Notes under the pieces: generated by a model
Told to the model about the DNA's origin: nothing
What the model saw: only the letters and a program-made list of their open reading frames with translations
The model's database searches: none
Translations under genes and position numbers: made by a program
Shown: in pieces, positions 24,901-39,900 of the stretch
Layout: every line of letters begins with the position of its first letter
Position numbering within the stretch: the stretch's first letter is position 1
NCBI GenBank assembly: GCA_002633005.1
Contig: NMRA01000226.1
Coordinates: 591,059-655,058 of the forward strand
Direction of reading: 5' to 3'
Origin: Phoronis australis
Taxonomy: Eukaryota; Animalia; Phoronida
DNA length: 64,000 bases

Positions 24901-27900
24901 TACAGGAACACTATCACATACAACATGTATTCAACAGGGGAGTTTGTGATGTCAAGTACACTATAACATATGAGTGTGTTCGCTATCATGCAAATGCAGA
25001 CTTGGTTAGGAATGAACATGCGTAATAAGAGTCAGAAAACATTTTTAAGTTTACTGTTCAGAAACCAGTCAATTTGGAAAATATCAAGGCAGAGTCCAGT
25101 CATTAAAGTCTAGTAATATCCGCTTCTTCAATAATGTTACGGTCTAAACAGTGAATACGGTATTCACCACTTAATTCATAGTAATATGCACCCTTCAATA
25201 GTGTTACGGTCTAAACAGTGAATACGGTATTCACCAATTAATTCATAGTAATATGCACCCTTCAATAGTGTTACGGTCTAAACAGTGAATACGGTATTCA
25301 CCACTTAATTCATAGTAATATGCACCTCTTCAATAGTGTTAAGGTCTTAAACAGTGAATATTCACCACTTAATTCATAGTAATATGCACCTCTTCAATAG
25401 TGTTAAGGTCTAAACAGTGAATATTCATGACTTAATTCATAGTAATATGCACCTCTTCAATAGTGTTAGGGTCTAAACAGTGAATATTCATAACTTAATT
25501 CATAGTAATATGCACCTCTTCAATAGTGTTAAGGTCTAAACAGGGAATATTCACCACTTAATTCATAGTATTATACACCTCTTCAATAGTGTTACGGTCT
25601 AAACAGTGAATATTCACCACTTAATTCATCCATTTGAAAATGAGATATCTCATGCTGTTGTAAATAAGAGATGAGAGGGGAGACTGGTGGATGAGTGAAG
25701 TGCCACTCACAGTCATTCGCTCAAAGAGTGTCTCACCAATGATGAGGTAAAGAACTACACTGGAACAGGACAAAGTAATTTAATTACAGTTAATTGGATC
25801 ACATTGGCAACTAGCAGGCTGCATTTTGTTAAATTACCACATGGTCAGTTGGCAAGCTTGGTTGCTCAATTCATTTCACACACCCGCCAACTACAAAAAT
25901 TCTGTTTATATGGCATATACCCTGACTATCAGGAAACAACCATTTACTTTATTCTAGCAAAACAGGTGGACAATTAGTGTACCTTATGAAATAATTAAAC
26001 TTCTAAATGCTTATGAAACTTTATTAACAAATAGTTACAAGCATTTCAGTACTTCTAGTTTCAGTAGGCAAAGGTGACAGAAGCAGGGTTATTTGCAGCT
26101 AATGATTTCATTTTTGAACTGTTACTTAATGTTTTTCATGTATCTTGGTTTTTATCTTATCAATTTTAAGTGAAAGGTCAGCGTTTTTCTTTCAGCCTTT
26201 AATTTTCAATTTCATTTTGAAAACATGGGTTAAGATTCCTTTGAAACATCCATGAATTATAATTTCACAAAACACTGGAAACAATAAGCACTATGTCATT
26301 ACAGTACGATAATTCTTCCGTTATTTCATACAAAAATAATCGTCAAAATTTCAATTTTCCCTTTTTTCAAAGGCTGACCACTTCACCACAAATAATGGAA
26401 AATTTACCAAACGTTGTTTAAGACATCAACACAGTACAAAACCACGCTCAGTAATAAACTAAAACTTTCTTAACCTTCACCTTTGAGGAAAAAAATGACA
26501 AAACAGAATTTCACTTGTAGGCCATATTGTGTGCTAAATAAGCAAAGGATTACCACACAAGACAAAAATTATCAAACAAAATATCATTTCCTCGACATGA
26601 CAAGCTAATTCCGTCAACAGCTAAAATGACTAGTAATGAGTAATATAGTGGTAGCAATGACTTGGCCACCTACATAACTTTCCCTTTAATTCCTCTTCTT
26701 TCTCAGTCAAGAGGAAGGCTACTCGGAAAATAAATTTGGCTTCTGGCCAGCCCTCATGACGGGTAATTCTGGGTCATTTTGTACAAATACTTTTGGCGTG
26801 CAGTATACCTGCTTAAGTAACTAAAACCTCAACTTGTCAAATCAATTATGCAAGTCCATCACAGCACAAGAGGTAAAGAAATATCACGTGACAACTTACC
26901 TGCCAATCTTGAGGTTCGATTGCTTCGCACGCGTAAATAATTCTGTAAAGAAAACAAAACAACCAATCTGCCATTATCACAGTTCGACAACTGAACACAA
27001 AGTAAATCAAAGCCAGGTGAAGTAATTAAATCGGCTGGGTGGATCTAAATAAACTGCAGCTATTGTCCACAAAATCAATAGTAAATGTATCGACCCAGCC
27101 CACTAAATGAGAGACACCTATTACAAAACAATTAACATTCCTATGTAAATCAACTCTACTGCAGTGTAAACGCCGTAACAACTAAACCTTCTGAACGTTG
27201 TGAGTTAATAATGATTTGAATTGTTTGGAATTGTGCTCGTAAATTCAAAACAAAATGAAAATTGTTAGCCATGGAAGTTTGGAAATATGATGTTTCAAAT
27301 GATGACATTTTAACAGAGACAAAACTTTAACCTACAGAAATCAACAGTGAAGTAAGAAATTTTCTTAAAACTAACATGACAAACCACAAACTGAAGATTC
27401 AAACCTCTTACACCCACAAATCATGATTGTATGCAGTTTGGAAGTCTCTAAAATTTGGGACATTGAAATTCAAATAAAAATTGAATTTTCTTGATTCTGA
27501 AGGTTGGGACAGTCAATTTCGGGGTTCATCATATTTCTTAAATACTGTACACAGGCTTTTGTATCAGCAAAGTCTGAAATAAAAGTGTCAAAAATAGCTG
27601 CCTACACAGAATTTTTTCTTTCTCAAAGTCTGGAATTCGGGACGGCCAATGTCACCCATTTCTAAAATTTGGAACCAGCTCCGACTTTGAGCACAATAAT
27701 TAATATTTCAGTGTCCAGAACAGAAAAATTTTTAACGTAAATTGCTGAGACGAATCTAAGCCTTTTTACATAAATAAAATTTCTCACAATTTTTTACTAC
27801 AATTTAACCGTAAATTAATCACTTTTAAACAATAGTGCAAAGCGGTAGAAATTGGCGACTTTCAATAACTTGACTTCAAAAGCAAATTGATTAAAATTGT

Positions 27901-30900
27901 CCACAGAAAAAAAAAACACTGGTATTGGCTGATTTCATTAAGAGTGTGTAGTTTTGCGTTTGACTGACCAAATAAACCACAGACAATAGACTGGATAGCA
28001 AATTAGGGAAAATGGTGTTAATCAATCCTGAGTCAAATCAATAAATCCGATCATTAGCCAGTCAGTCAATAGTTGGTATTCACAAACCACTGTCTATAGC
28101 CAAACATTGAACATTAATATTAATGACATGAACCTGTTAAAATAACAGGCGCAGACCAGTCAATACTGCTTGGTGATTGACTGACGATGGTCACGTGACA
28201 ATCAATTACAACTGCACGCAAGCATCAATCACTTGAATTCATAAGTACTAAGTTTTTAAATTAAAACCAGCGCAAGAAATGGTAATTTTATTATTTTAAT
28301 TTGAAAAAAATAGCGTAGTGTTGGCAATTGAAATTTCATGAAAAGAATTTGTATAAAATAGTAAATTTTTTAACTAAAAGAAGCTCTTTCAACTCACAAC
28401 CAAATGTCTTAAATACGGAATTTTCAAAATAATTTTGAATTGAAGGTGGTGGACCAACAAAATGACTGCCATTAAACCTAAACATTCAATGAATTGCCAG
28501 TAAAAGCAATGCAATATATGAAACATCCTATTTAGTGATGCCTCTCCATTTATGTGTTTTAAACTGGTGAAAATGAACGAAAGAGTATATTTAATCCCAT
28601 CAAAACTCCCGTGCATGACAGCATCAGTTTAAAGATTCTAAGGACAATTTTAATGCAGATTTTACTGGGGGGGATGAATAAGTGGTTTAGCCTTGACTTT
28701 GATTTTTCTAACAGATAACCAGACGGAAATGCGGTTTTGCAGCAAAGCTCACAATTCATGAAACATAAAACGTTCCTGCACAGACCCATGACCCAAATCC
28801 CCAACAAACTCGGTCCTATCCAATACACCTCATACCACACATCAACAGTTACTGCTGGCCATATGCCTCTGCAGAACTAGTCTAACTGAGGTAACACCCG
28901 ATTACATGACTAATTAATTCAAATTGAACACCTATTGTCCCCACAGATCAATACACCGCAAATTGACCGACACAATTCTCTAGACTTCCTCAGGATAACA
29001 ACAAAAACAACAGGCTCTTTGACTGACTTATCACAGCTGGTGTGAGACTTTTCCAATAAACAAACAGTAGTTGTTAACCAAACAGTAAAACATGTTTGTA
29101 TTGCTATCACTTCTATTGATATTGGGTTATTCAGTTAGAGAAAGACCACAACGAGGGTCCTTCATGGACCACACACTGCAACAATTAATAAAAAGTAACA
29201 AAACTGAAACCACAGTAAGTGAAAAACAGACAACTTCGTAGACAAGGCCCTGGCTTGTCGGATTCAGCAAGAATTAAAGATGATAGTACAAATGCAAAAT
29301 TTTCAGACGTTTCTACGATGACGCAAAATTCTTGAAAAACTGCCGGATGGTTATACAATGAAAATAAAAGAAATGTCAGCTTGTTAGTTAAAATTCAATG
29401 CTTAACTTGTACCAAAATTCATGGGGATAATCAAAAAGGACGTTTTAGGCATTTTGTTTTTTGTTTTGCAGACACAAACATCATATCTACCGTTATTATT
29501 ACTAGCACAAGATCATTATGAAAAGCAGCATCTTGTACTGATGAAGTAACCCTCACCTCATATCTGGTCTGTATTGTGGTGTCGACCTGTGATGGACTAG
29601 AAGAGCTCCCCCTACTGGTTGACGGTGCACACGGAACCTGGAGAACACGGAAAGACACGTTTTATAAGACATGTTAAAAAATCACAAATCCTGTTTGAGA
29701 AGCCTGCTTTTTTGTTCTATAGTTTTATAGAGAGACTCTAGGCAGAATCCTGCCATGTGACCAGCATGTCAAAAGATGGACAAATATGAAGAAAAAGATA
29801 ACTGGTCTAAATCATAGATCGATTCAAAAACACAGCTATGTAGGTCATGATGGACATGACCAGTGCACGTAGGACGGTTTCCTCAAGTGGAGTCCCTAAA
29901 ACTTCCCAAAAAGAATTTTTCACAATTTCATTACTTGAGACAAAAGCTGTTTTCTTTTATAAAGCACACAGCATTTTTAGACACCTTTAATATACAACTA
30001 CCTTAATTTACCATTTCTAGCAAAAATTTAGGGGATTTCTAAAAAGCCCTTAGCCAGTGTTCAATATCACGGCTTCACCTTTGATACATTACAAGTTTAA
30101 GTTATTCATATCATGGCTTATTATTGACCGTCACATTTTACCTTTCCTTTCCCTGCTGAGACAGCGCCATCTCGAGAGCTGCACCTCTTGCCCCTAAAAA
30201 ACGAACGTCTTAGTCAACAGATCACCATCACAAGAAACTTCAAAACGGGATAAGGGAATTATTGACTCATTCGTTAACTACACTTTCCAGTGTAAAATAA
30301 TTTTTGAAGATTCGTGTAATTTGCACATTTAACGTTTTATGATATATTGAAATTTTTAAATCATCGTTAAGACATGTATTTGCCAGGTAGAAAATTAATG
30401 ATTTTATGAGAAAAATGATATCAATGTTCAATAAAGTTTTTTTGTAGGAACACTAGCCCAAGTACATGCTTTCAAACTGTTGTCTGCAAATTTTTTTCGT
30501 TAACTGTAGTTATCTCCCACAAAATTGAAGAGAAAAATGAAGTATCCAACACAGAAACTGGTGCGTTTAGCAGTGATGCGGGTAGCTCGCTAAAAGTCAT
30601 GCATGACAGTGAGAAAGTTAACCAAAGACCTACAGAGTCACGCTGCCAAAAAAGCATGATACATGATAAATTGTGCTTATAAATGCAAGCTGTCAATGAA
30701 AGCTACATAAAAAGAAGAGCATCTATCAGTAAAACAAAACTCTACTATCAAGAATATGGCAGACTGGTGGAAGAGTTATGACATCAGGTGGACACTGCAA
30801 CCCATGACGTAAACGAAGATCAACTGATGGGTGTCCAGTGAAAAGGCTCGTGTTGACAGATGTTGAGAACAAATCTACCGTGTCAGTGTGGTCCGAGCAC

Positions 30901-33900
30901 TAGCTGGCCACAGTGTGAGTGGGAGCCATATTGGCTCATTATTACGCCTTATATTACAATGCAACTCCATCCACTACCCATAATTCACCAGACTATAGGA
31001 CGGGTGCCAATCTCCGCACATTAACAACAATTGTAGAAATGTTACCGTGGCGATTACTCCCGACGATGGCCATTTGATCGCATGTATGCCGTCAACAATG
31101 ACGAGTAATGTATTATTAGTAGATGTCATTCTTCCCTACCACTGATTGGGTCATAATGACCCATGTAAATTCACACCACAAGATGTCACTGGTGTGTCAT
31201 TTGGTCAAACTCATAGTTACAAACAACCATAGCTAACACTCAACCAGAATTTGTTGACAGAAACAAAGGGAATTTTTGGTTGCAACATGATATTGTCACA
31301 TGACCAGTGTATACAGTTAATGGTTGATACTTCTAAGAATTTCATATTCTTCTCCTTCCAGAGTGAGACTTAATATAACTTAATGCTAAATTCTATTCGG
31401 CCGAAAAAGCGTAATTGTCTCCGTCGATTCAAATTGATGCAGAGAGGCGGTGTTTTGATTTTTTCCAATTGTCAAAAAGAAAATAAATCTAATGCCAGCC
31501 GAAAAGGGAACCTCTTCTTAATCAATTAAAGTCATAGAAAAGGGATTATCTCCGAGCTACGAAGACAATTCTTCACAAAAACTCGCTAAAATAAACTTGT
31601 GTATTTTTTTGAAAAACTAAGAAAAAAACTTCGCAACTTTCAAAACGAGTCCAATTAATGACCAGAATCAATGACAGTATTTTCCTTGGTGTCATACAGA
31701 GCTTTACAACAAATGAAAATTTTCAGAATCTTTTTCTGCAGTGCTTTTTGTGAAAGAATCATTGTCTACAAAAACGCAACATTCTACTGAATGCCGCTAT
31801 TACCTCATAAATCAAAGTGTTCGTATAAAATAACCTACTTTGACAGGATAGAACGGGTTCTATAGATGCTTTGTACTCAATAAATTCATAAGTAAAACAA
31901 GAAATATGGCCAAAACTGACCGAAAACATGGACCGAAAAACATTTTTAATAGAAAAGATAAAATCGAGGGCATCTACTTTTCCTTCAATAACCATGACTG
32001 TTTAGAAATAGGCCTTGGTCTTGGTTTAATTACATCGACTACTCACAGATCGACACCACAGGCAACCGTTTGACATACAGTTCAAGGACAGCTTACCTGG
32101 TGATTTTATCCAACTTGTCCAGTTCTTGAGCCAAATGACTGGTTAATTCACCCTTCCTAATGGTCAGTCCACACACTGGACAGGCCAGATGACCTTCAGG
32201 GACACTCTTTTTTCTCTCTATAACAAAAAAAAAATTCAAAGCCATAGTACAATTATCCAAGAGCCACTAATCAGCACATAGACTTTAAAGATAATTTATT
32301 AATTATTGTTTTTTTTGTTTATCACCTCAAAAGCCAGACAGATAACTTTAAACTACCTGACGCCTGTGTGATGCAAACATCACTAGTGACAGATTTCAAA
32401 CATGCAACAATAATTTGAAGTTGCCAGAATACAGTGATTGTCAAAGTAATTTAAAATGACTTTTTTTCGTGCCAACTCCCCAAATGAGGTACTTAGGACA
32501 TGTTGATTAATTTTAAAAAATCCCCAGTTACACCAGTCATGGACACCTACAACAGTTATGAAAGTCGGCATTGAGTGTGTAGTATTGTTTGAGATTGAGG
32601 GCGCACGCACGCACGCACGCACCCACGCACGCACGCACACACACGCGCACACACACACACTGGTAACTCGGCTGCTTTAGCATTACAGATAGGGGAAAGT
32701 AAATGAAGTTAAGGTTATGTAAGATTCTAGAAAATGTCTAAACTTGGCTAACGTTGGAATATCACATCTCAGTAATGGCCGATTGTATTCTTAAACGTAA
32801 TATTAAAATGTGAAACTATCAGATAATTTACTTGATACAATGTTCTCTAAAATGCCGAGAGGAATTATTTTAAAATTATTTTTAAATTGCAACTTTGCAT
32901 GAGGGGACATCAAAAATTAAGACTTTCACAATTTTGCTGATCAAACACCAAAAATTAAGACTTTCACAATTTTGCTGATCAAACTCAAAAGTTACACAAA
33001 ATGAAAATGGAATAATTTAGGAAACTATAACAATGTTTATGATAATATCTCATTTTAACACTAATATCAAATGAAAATTGGTCGTGTTACCGACACCAGG
33101 TGTTTACTGTAAATGTACCTTTCTTTTTTTACTAAATTTTACTATAAAGACACGGTCACATGACCAACTGAAGGCATATTGGTATTAAGTCAGAAATGAA
33201 ATTTCACACGCTTTCTACTTTTAGAAAATATGTATTCCTACAAGGCTAAACTGTATAGTTCAGTAGGTATTTTGGCTAAATACGCGACATGTGGACAAGG
33301 CTGTACATGAACCTTAACACCGATATTCCCTAGTGTTACTTGAGACTACTCAAGCCACTTCAATGTTGGTGTTTTTTACTGTTACAATTACCATTACTTA
33401 CAGTTGCTAATATCATCGCAAAAATGCAAATAAGAGCGTATGCTATGGACTCCAGGGCAATAGACATAGCGATCTCGCATCTTGAGAACATATTTTAACA
33501 ACTGAATTAACTTTTTAAAAAATGTTTATTACAAGGATTACGTAAAATAATTGCAGTTAAGCTCAGGAAGTGCTAGAAAGCATATTTGGGCAGCAAACTG
33601 GTAACCAAAATGTGGGACCCATATAAGTGACAATTGTTCACTTCACACTAACATAGGTAAAGAGAAAAAACATGGCAGGCGCAGTGTATATTAAAAACCA
33701 CTTGCACTTTTGGATATCTATACATTACAAAATCCAGTATATTTTGATACAGCAATACTATTACTATAGCTAATATTACATACAAAATAAATTTTACTTC
33801 TTTAAATTAAATACATTAAATAAATAACAACAAAATTAATCTCGACGATGGCGTTTTCAGAATTAAAAAATAAGCAAAATTTTACAAGAATAACAGAAAC

Positions 33901-36900
33901 TAAATTTAAAAACTGTAAGAAAAAAGTAACTACATGAATTTCCATTTTCCACCAGTTGCAATCCTAGCATATTTTGGTAAACTAGACCCACACCTTTTAC
34001 ACACTTTTACTGTATTAAACTAAACTTAACTTATCTAATATATTCATTGTTTACAACACTGACCAAAAGATAATGCCTACAGTATATTAAATGCCCAGTT
34101 GAAGTTCACCAGCTCAATAGGACAAGTGACCATTAGCCCCAGAGCGAACAGTTGACCATCAGTCTCCACATCCAGGTGTCGCGATTCACAGCCCCTATTG
34201 ACGAAGTCTTTGTGACCAATAACACAGCCACACAACACTAACTGTTTTATTGGTCTTTATTACTTCCTTCCAACTCCGCTTCTATTGGAAATCAAACACT
34301 GAGACAACAATTCAGAGAACACAAGCCACACTGAGACATTTTATGAAGTTTTATTAATTAGCAGCGTGTCATCAAACATAGCTGCAAACCTGTTAGCAGC
34401 CAGTATTTGCCATGAACAAATAACAGGGCTGAGATTCCCACCACTTGATCTGGAACCAATGTTTGTAGATCAGTTGTAAAACTACAGCCGTTATTTAACA
34501 CCAGCCATTCAACACCATCTCACAGCCAAAGACCCTGTGTTATTATTTAACTTGTTACAAAAAAGGAAACCCAATGACAAAAAGTTTACTTCTCAAATTT
34601 CTAAGCAAGGCTGACACGGGCTTGCATTTTTTATAAAGCTGGAAGAGGAAAAGGAGGACAGAAAAATAGAATATTCATTAAAATTTTAATACAGAAACAA
34701 AAGGTATCAAAAAGGTTATTTGTTGAACTGAAAAAACTGCATCAAAATTCCATCACAACCAGGAGAGAAATTTGTAAATATGAAATGAAAACAAGATTTC
34801 AGAAAAAAAGATGATTTATTTCCCTCCACACAATTTAAAATACAACTGATTCCAATATCAATACTGTTAGAAGAATCCCCACGTCGAGAGTGTGATAACT
34901 GTTTTATTACAGCAATTATGGCAGAGATATAAATGATCACTGGTAGCGATCTACTATAAGCCCTGTAGTGATAGCGAACGCGAGGGCAACTCATTTAAAA
35001 CTGCTTAGAAAAACATCACGAAAAGCAATTACACGAAAAGATTTGCCAAGTTTACAACTAATTCACACGCAATAAAAGCGACTGATAAAAAAATGTCAAA
35101 ATCTTTTATAAGCAATCAAAAGCTCTTAAACAGATGGCTCAGTGAAGAATTATTCATGCGCAGACAATCCCATTTTAAATCCTAGTTAAGAACTCCTTAG
35201 AAACCCAGCTCCTTAACACATGTACAGTCGTTATCCCAGAGTCATCCTCTATTCTTTTATGGTATAGCTTGTATAAATGAAAATGACCAAATTAAGGAAT
35301 GCCTATTTGGATAGTTGATCCTTTAATTTAGTTGAATGATAGCTTACTAAATCCCCAGCATACAGTTAGTGTGAGATAGCATAGCTGCATTGATATTATG
35401 CTAGCATTTGTCTCCATTTATCTCCATAGAATCTGACTTACCCTAAACCCTTACACCCCATACTTGCCTTAATTAAGTTTTCGACAGATATCTTCATATC
35501 TAAACTAGACTCATTTATAATCTGCAGTCACCACAGGACACAGTATTACCTTGGTAGAACAAAACAAACAGGTTAGCAATTGAGCTACTTTAAACAACCA
35601 TTGAGATCTTACCATGTACTGTCTTGGCTGTTTCATGAAAAGTGACTTAAGACTTACTTAGCCAGAGAGTTGGTCTTCACAACTTAAGAATAAAGGTTTA
35701 GTCAAGTAATTATGATTGCGTCAAAGTCTAGACATAATTTATGGAAATTATTTCGGTAACTAGCAGCTAAGTGTGCATTCTCAGAGATTTGTACTTTTGC
35801 TCAAGTGAGATTAAATTATTTTTCAGGCACAGTTAAAGTGGAACACAAGACCAAATTTCTGTCTTGGTCTTTAGTCTTTTTTCATGAAACTGGCTGCAAG
35901 ACTCGCACCAACTACCAACTCTCAGCAGTTGAGAGAAACGATAGAAAAGATGGATGGACAAAAATCTACAGTGGTGCCTTCTGAATTGAGTTAAACAAAG
36001 AGCATGTATTGTTTTCAATAACAGTTGCTCAAAAAAACTAACTGAAAAAACAAATCTGTTGTCTTTTATAACTGAATAGGTTTAATCCTGAATAAACGTA
36101 TACCTTACATTTAACTCGTTGAAATAATTGACAATTCACCAAAAATTGAAAAGTCAATGAATCCTAATTAAAACTGTTGATACACATCATTTCTTTGTCA
36201 TGTTAAACTGTTACCAAATGACGTTACTCTCATCTAAACATTAAAAAGAGTCAGGTGTTCAACTGGTGTTTCGGTATATCTAGCAAGTGATGACCTTAAC
36301 TAGATACCTAACTGGCTTGTGGAATCTTCTTATTACTTGTTAGCAGGCAATTGTTCTGTAACATACCAGATCTATAACGTTCATGAGCCTGGCCAATCAC
36401 GAGATGAGTTGTACGCAACAGTCCTACACAGGGGAAGGAATTTTTATTAACTACACAATCTAACACCCAACACACAGGTAATGATAGAGGTCCAAATAGG
36501 TTGGGTGGGGCCATCAGATGTTGAAATGTGATGCTTTATCATTTTTAAAGTTGAAGAGCTTACATCAACATGGTGAAGCTGCAAAATGAATCTCCTGAGG
36601 GCGAGTATTTCATGAACACGTTTATAGTCAGTCATGGAGATGCAGGGAAGACCATCAATTTCAATTTTCTTGTAAAAACAAATTTTGTTCTTTAGTTTGA
36701 ATAGTGAATGACGAATAAAACCACCCTTCATTTTATTATTGCACAATCCCAACTTTAATTTTAGGTCGCTGTGAGACATATTTCCAGGAAACAAGAATAA
36801 TATTGATTAACAATTTTCAAATGAGCTGTTTAACAATCTGTTTTGCTGAAGATCTACAATACTGAAAAGAACTGTTTAGAGTGCAGGCACAGCATGTCAA

Positions 36901-39900
36901 TCTGACCTTTCTTTTACAAAGTAATATATACAAGTGAGAAAACACAAGTCGCCAAGGAATACCGTGAACGGAATAGAATGCGAAGGAGCCATTTTAAGCG
37001 AAACTACTAGTTTTATTGACCATAAATAGCCAGTCACTTTGTGTGGTTTCTATGTGCCATGACACGCGAGTGGTCACAGAGAGCGACAAAGAATGAAATT
37101 AACGAGCACCTCATGTGGGGTCTTGCCGTCACGTCCATGCACATGCAGTTCTTGCGGCTAAACGGACGGGTGAAATGAGCCAGGAATTATGAGGAAAAAA
37201 ATGGGGAGAAGCCTGCAGCGTTAATGGTGCTTGACGTGGGTGAGACCCTACTGGCAATCTGATACAAACAAATAAGTTTTTTTAACCGGGTCTATGACAG
37301 CTGGCTGCAATTTTCACGTTCACAGCAATTGACTGTGAGGATGACTGAATAAAGAGGCACTTGCCACACAGTTAGTTGATAAACACATCGTCTTTGAACA
37401 TTAGAGCTTCATTTATGCCCAGCTTGAAGATTCCTACATTAAATGAATATTCAAGATAAACAGTTGGCTCGGCTCAACAGAGGCGCTGGGTTGATATTCA
37501 AAGCCAGCCAGCTTGCCAACTTCATATTTAAAGAAATGATCAATATATTGTAGGTCTATTATCTAGACTGACACGCTGAAAGGTATCTGTGAAAATGGTG
37601 GAAAAGAATTTTTATATCGACGTTTATAAGAGGTGTGAACAAATTAACAATTAAGGTAAAATTTTTCCAATTTTGGACAATAATGCTGACAAATGAAATT
37701 TTATTTTTTCATTTTTTCAAAGAAGGTAAATAAGTCTTTATCACGGGTACCATCAGACAATGATACTGAAAAATTCTGGGTATTCACTATGTTCGAAGGC
37801 TTTGAAAATAAAAATGAACAAATTTTGGCTTGTGTATTGAAAATACAATGGTTATTTTTGTATTGAGAAAATGTGCTGTTCCTCAGCTATCCATCAAAGC
37901 ACATGAAAGGCAAATTTCTCCTTTTTAAAATGAATACAGCTTTCCATAAATATCTAGAGCTTTTAATTCTCAAGTACACCTTGGCTTCATTTCAAATCAA
38001 GAGTTAAAACTATCACTTCAAAAAAGGGATTCCACCAAATATAAGACACTTCATCGATAGAAAAAGACAAACTATACTGTAAAATATCTGCTACAGTTTG
38101 GCACACACCAGATCTGACAAAAAAGCATTTTTACCAACGGTAGCACAATTTTGACATGAAGGATATGAATAAGAATTTGAAAATTAATTTATTTGAATAA
38201 AATAATTCTGAGTAAGCTGAATAAGATAAAATGATTCACCAAAAAATACTACCAACATACTACGTGCAGGAACCTCGACACCTCGATTTTGTGGTCAAAT
38301 ATCAACTCTATTGTCCACCAAAAAATATTTTAAAAACACGCACAAATTACCTTAACCAGACCCAAAAAATTATCTTCATTAGGTCCAAAAATTACCCTCA
38401 CCAGGCCCAAAAATTACCCTCTAATGATCAAAAAATTAAAATCACTTTTAACTCACAGTCCCTCGAACTGGCGAAGACTGTGCAGGGTTTTCCCACACAA
38501 AAAATCCTCTGTAAGAAGACATAGGAGCCTTTCCCCTCAGGTGAGACAGGTGTGCATCATAGTTTAGTCCGACAGCAGAAAACCCGAAGCACAGCTGTCA
38601 CAAACTGGCGAATTTTAGACAAAATAGGGCCAGCATTAAGGGATTGGGTGTGTATTAAGTTGTGCCACTGTAATATACCCACCTTTATTATCCTGTAGGT
38701 AAATAGCTGGCCAGCAATTTATTAGCTCTGAACTTTACAACAGGGACTTTATTACAGCATTAATATGCTCATCTCACACTCCTTTGATTCAGTTATTAAC
38801 AAATAATTTGGTTGCTTTGCTTGGCCATAGAGAGGGACTATGCTGTCTGAAGGCTTCACTTCCCTTTGAAATGTCAATAGATATTTGATGACAATCTGAC
38901 TTACTGGGTTTATTATTCTGTATAAAGGCACAGCCGCTTTTGTGCTGCTAAGGATTTTATGTTAGTTATTTGAGTCATGACCAAGTTAACACACTTGTTA
39001 CATGACAGGACAAGTTCTCAACAAACTTAACGCTTGGCAACAGTTGGGATACAACTCTCACAAAAAGTGTTTGGACTATGTTTATCTTATCAAAGGAAAA
39101 ATGTTGAGAGTAGGAATCATTTGACAGACAAGTGACGAGGAGCTATTGGTGGATTTTGGCAAATAATACTTTCAGGAAGAAGGCAATTTTAATGAATCAA
39201 GTTATGTTTCTGTGAATTCCAAGAAAAGAATTGATTATTGCAACATACAATAAAAACCACACCGCTTCAAACAGGAAGAGATTCAAAAAGAGGATTAAAT
39301 GATTTTTACCACACTCGTGTTTAAATCAAGTTTTTAGCCAAGTTACGAAAATAACAGCATTGTATCGTTGATACATTTATTTGAAAGTAAGAAGTGATAT
39401 TTACAGAGAAGAAACAAGTGAGAAAAGTTATTTGCTTCTTGGTAGAGAAATGGAGTCTGCTGTACACAGCCTCAGAGAACAGGGCATTTGTCAACAAAGC
39501 CAAATGCGTGTAAAAAGCATGCAGCTGCAATTTTTCTTTATTTGGTAGATGTACTTTGAACAGCAAATAGACACAATAATTTTGTTGACAGTGGGTAAAA
39601 TAAATAAGCATGCAACACCTGAGCTGAAGTGACGCACTTTGAACACATTTAAACGACAGTTGGACAGTGGCAATTAGACATCTACAACAATTGAATTTTA
39701 TACACAATAAGTTTGTTGACAGGGGGACACAGGGGGATGGCTGTCACAAAGTAACAGATTTGTTAAGACCCATTCATCAGAGGTGTGATTATGTGGTAAT
39801 CTGAGGACAGCGCAGTTCCATGTGTCAATACAGCTGGCTGGGACATCTCAGTATTACACTGACTTACTGGTCTCAAGTTGACGAGAATGACAGACTTTCA

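Noticed and set aside
25111-25628. CRISPR-like array with palindromic repeats
   Set aside because: It is a pure tandem repeat with no unique spacers.
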